Assembly (NCBI GenBank): GCA_030167865.1 | Contig: JALAGF010003060.1 | Location: 1 to 36,835, forward strand | Direction of reading: 5' to 3' | Origin: Craspedostauros australis | Lineage: Eukaryota | Length of the DNA stretch: 36,835 nt | In this document: one piece after another, positions 33,871 through 36,835 of the stretch | Numbering within the stretch: position 1 is the first letter of the stretch | Layout of the letters: the number at the start of each line of letters is the position of its first letter | Notes under the pieces: generated by a model | Seen by the model: only the letters and a program-made list of their open reading frames with translations | What the model was told of the DNA's origin: nothing | Databases searched by the model: none | Position numbers and translations under genes: made by a program

Positions 33871-34778
33871 CTTTCTCCTTCTTGGATGTTGTGCGCCAAA
33901 CAATTGAGCACACAGCCACCTCGTAGAACTCTCAAGGACCACTGAAGATTGCTACCTCTCAACAACCAACATGAATGGGAGGCATGTCGCCTATCAAGGA
34001 CGTGTTGTGCAGAGTCATCGTCCTCTTCCTATGCACCATACCATACTTCTCCACATGAAAGTACCCATACTCACTTTGAACGATCTTGCATCCCTTTTCA
34101 CATCTCATAACATCTCATAAAAACAACTGTCTCACAACACCAACAGCGACAACAACGATAACTTATAGAAGTCGTACAACACCTAAGTGCAAGCAAAACA
34201 CAACCACAGCCATCTCGAAACACACCACCAACTGATCGAAAACCGAAACAGAACGAAGTCAACGGTACGTTCATTTGTGTTCATCATGGCAGCGGCCATT
34301 GTCAACACCATGGCACAGGGCAGCAGATGCCAACGCGCCATTGTGCCTGACTTGAAGAGTCTTTTCCGGGTCCAGCTTGCCAGCCACCTACACACTCTTG
34401 GAATCGTCTTCTGCTCTACCTGCGAGCTGTTCTCATGGTGGTCCACCGGTGTCACAATGTGGCAAAGGCATGCCATGCCACTCTACTTTACCACCACGTT
34501 CGACAACAGCAGACTTCGTTCTCATTCTCCCTCATTCTCACATACTCGCTCATCACACGCTCATCACATTGTCCACTTGTTCGTCCATCCCAAACCACGA
34601 CGCTTCTCTCAACAAACAAATCGCTGGACGGATCGCATGTTGACTCCTATCTGATCTGGCTACGGTCAATGATGTGGTTCGTGTCCACCTATTCTTCGCA
34701 TGGTACAACACGTCTGCGACCCATCTGCATCTGCGTACGCACTGTTTCGTTTCATGCAGATAACGACGCACACTGACA

Positions 34779-34810
34779 AACCAACCAACCAACCAACCAA
34801 CCAACCAACC
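34779..34810. repeat. (AACC)8 microsatellite in the 5' leader of the Cys-rich gene
   Basis: Read directly; ends 10 bp before the ATG at 34821. Confidence 0.95.
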
Positions 34811-34820
34811 GATAGCAACC

Positions 34821-36011
34821 ATGTTCAAGATCAAGACGACTATTATCGGCGTTCTTGTCTTTGCCAACACGGCAATGACGCTGGCTTTGGATCCGGCTGA
34901 AGATTCGGTGTTCGCTCCGCCAACGTCGATGCCGTCGTCGATGCCATCAGAGGAGCCGACTGAGACTCCTGTTCCACCTTCCATGGTCGTCGGCTGCCTC
35001 CAAACGCCAGGAGATGTCAACAGCAACTTCGACATGAGACGCTCTGAGTCCAAAGTGTTTTGCGACGAGGTCGATGGTACATGTGCCGACTTTGTGAAGA
35101 AAATCAAGAGACTCCCAGGCAAAAAGGGCAGGCTCGTCAAGAGCATCTTTGCATGCAACGGACAAAACCAGGCAACCACGCAAGGCATCTCCCAGACTCG
35201 CTTCGACCGTGTGAAGAATGATGACGACGCGATCGACACCATCTTGAATGCTGTCCGAGGCAACGGGATCATGACCGGAGGAGGCAGGGCACTCTTTACA
35301 GCATGCCGTGCCGAAGGATACGATTGCTGTCCACGCGGTGGTTGCTCATTCAACGGTTCATTCACCATCACCCCAGATTCCTGCACATCAAGGAACTCTT
35401 GCACCAACGTCGCTCCCAACATCATGATCTTCCATAGCTGCATGGGGCGGGGCTCCTGCAGCAACTTTGGACGGCTCAACTCAGCTGGCCCACAAGGCAG
35501 CGCTGTCATCGGTAACAAGATTATTGGACCAAATGCATGCACCGCTCCTGCCAGCTGCCAGAATCTCGGAAAGAACATCTACGGTTCTATCCATGTTCAG
35601 CGTGGAGCATGCAGTGGGGCGCAGAGCTGCATGGATCTCGGACGTCGTGGCATCCAGGAAGGGCGCGCCTCGCCCGCCATCGCTGACATCATCATCGAAA
35701 AAAACGCATGCCAAGGAAGGAATGCGTGCACAAATGCCCACAGAGGTGATTCCAAGATTGATGGAAGTCTTCTCATTGGGGATGGTGCATGCGCGTCGAC
35801 AAACAGCTGCGATGGTGTCGCCTACAGTGACGCTGCCGTTGATGACCTTGTCATTGCTCCACGTACCTGCGCTCGGAGGGGCAGCTGCCAAGACTGTGTC
35901 AGGACGGATATGTGTCCCGTACGCGCCAGGTCTACATACACCATCAATGATCCAAGGCAGGACTGCCAAGGGCCAAACCGAGCTGCCTGCTCTCGACGTG
36001 TTCACGGTTAA
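34821..36011 (+). CDS. Secreted cysteine-rich repeat protein of unknown function (396 aa)
   Basis: The ATG follows an A/C-rich leader. The protein has a signal peptide MFKIKTTIIGVLVFANTAMTLA, a diatom-type PTSMPSSMPSEEPT linker, and seven I-x(2-4)-[SAT]-C-x5-C repeats. Confidence 0.8.
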   Translation: MFKIKTTIIGVLVFANTAMTLALDPAEDSVFAPPTSMPSSMPSEEPTETPVPPSMVVGCLQTPGDVNSNFDMRRSESKVFCDEVDGTCADFVKKIKRLPGKKGRLVKSIFACNGQNQATTQGISQTRFDRVKNDDDAIDTILNAVRGNGIMTGGGRALFTACRAEGYDCCPRGGCSFNGSFTITPDSCTSRNSCTNVAPNIMIFHSCMGRGSCSNFGRLNSAGPQGSAVIGNKIIGPNACTAPASCQNLGKNIYGSIHVQRGACSGAQSCMDLGRRGIQEGRASPAIADIIIEKNACQGRNACTNAHRGDSKIDGSLLIGDGACASTNSCDGVAYSDAAVDDLVIAPRTCARRGSCQDCVRTDMCPVRARSTYTINDPRQDCQGPNRAACSRRVHG

Positions 36012-36835
36012 GGCGTGTGCAGGAAGAGACGTCCAGCAATGGCTCAAATGGAACACCATCTCGAATGCTCAGTCGTTGAGAGGATAGTGCTCTGATGGTT
36101 GATCACCCGGCTTGACCTTGATGGTCTCCCTGATCATGCTCATCGCACACTTGCTATTGATGAATGGATTGATAACCGAAACGAGTGGATGGCACGGATG
36201 GTGCATGGAGGTGCTACTTGCGCCTCTATCCCCATCACCACCACCTGCCTCGGAAGGTCTCTATTCTTCGACCAGAACATAGCAAGCACCTCGCAGCGTA
36301 CAACACATACATAAACAACATTACAACACTAATTACTTGACCATACCAGAATATACAACACTAGTTTTACGTGTACCCTTTCGTTGTTGACTTTCAACTA
36401 TTTGTGCAATAGAGTGTTTGTGTCTGCCTATTGGAATGCGAAGTAGAGGGCGAAGCATGAAGACTCATGGATACGCACGAGCTATTCTTGAAGTGGATCC
36501 TTCCGTCCCAGCTTATTCCGAAAATGAGAGAATCATGCCAACAGAGCAAGAAGGCAAGGCAGCAACGAATGTGAGTGAGCGAGGGCCAGAGAATGAGAAT
36601 CACCTGACGTCTTGATGTGACTGGACCACTCCATTTGTACTACCTGTTGGAAATCCGGGGTGGTATGATAGTAGAGAACTAATCGTTTGTTAGAATCTAC
36701 TTCTCTGAACTGTGAGCTCTTCATTGCTCTCGATTGCAAAGTCCAATCTCCTCCTGAGATTGCCATGGGTCCCTCTGTTGGTCTAGCAGGCATCCATCTT
36801 GCATTCATCGCAAATTCATCATGGACATGCATGCA

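Noticed and set aside
34553-36087. ORFs 34553-35578 (-), 35481-36059 (-) and 35467-36087 (+)
   Set aside because: They overlap the better-supported signal-peptide and Cys-repeat gene and have no independent features.
36300-36835. Short ORFs at the right edge
   Set aside because: No motifs and truncated by the window edge; cannot be supported as coding or as a TE.

Overview
This window is eukaryotic nuclear DNA, most likely from a diatom or other stramenopile (inferred from GT-AG introns of 152-337 bp, a signal peptide followed by 'AF' as in diatom plastid presequences, diatom-type ankyrin and LRR repeats, and PT/PS linkers). Six protein-coding genes are supported. (1) An ankyrin-repeat, multi-TM, TRP-channel-like protein with four NPF motifs (1960-6054 +). 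(2) Mitochondrial Rho GTPase Miro, 3 exons (6457-9539 -). (3) A probably plastid-targeted IGPS/TrpC-fold protein with several altered catalytic motifs (10624-11919 -). (4) A ~2,300-2,400 aa, probably GPI-anchored LRR protein made of six tandem cap-LRR-Cys-cap modules, 2 exons (13486-20992 +). (5) A ~2,850 aa formin, 3 exons (21996-31076 +), with a PTEN-like domain retaining CX5R, a C2 domain, five CCDC53/WASHC3-like repeats in place of a polyproline FH1, FH2 and a long tail. (6) A secreted Cys-repeat protein (34821-36011 +). Between the formin and the last gene is an AT-richer, CpG-depleted island containing a decayed minus-strand reading frame and a duplicated palindromic 56-bp unit. I found no rRNA, tRNA, CRISPR array or intact transposon. 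All domain calls are by eye from motifs; no searches were run.
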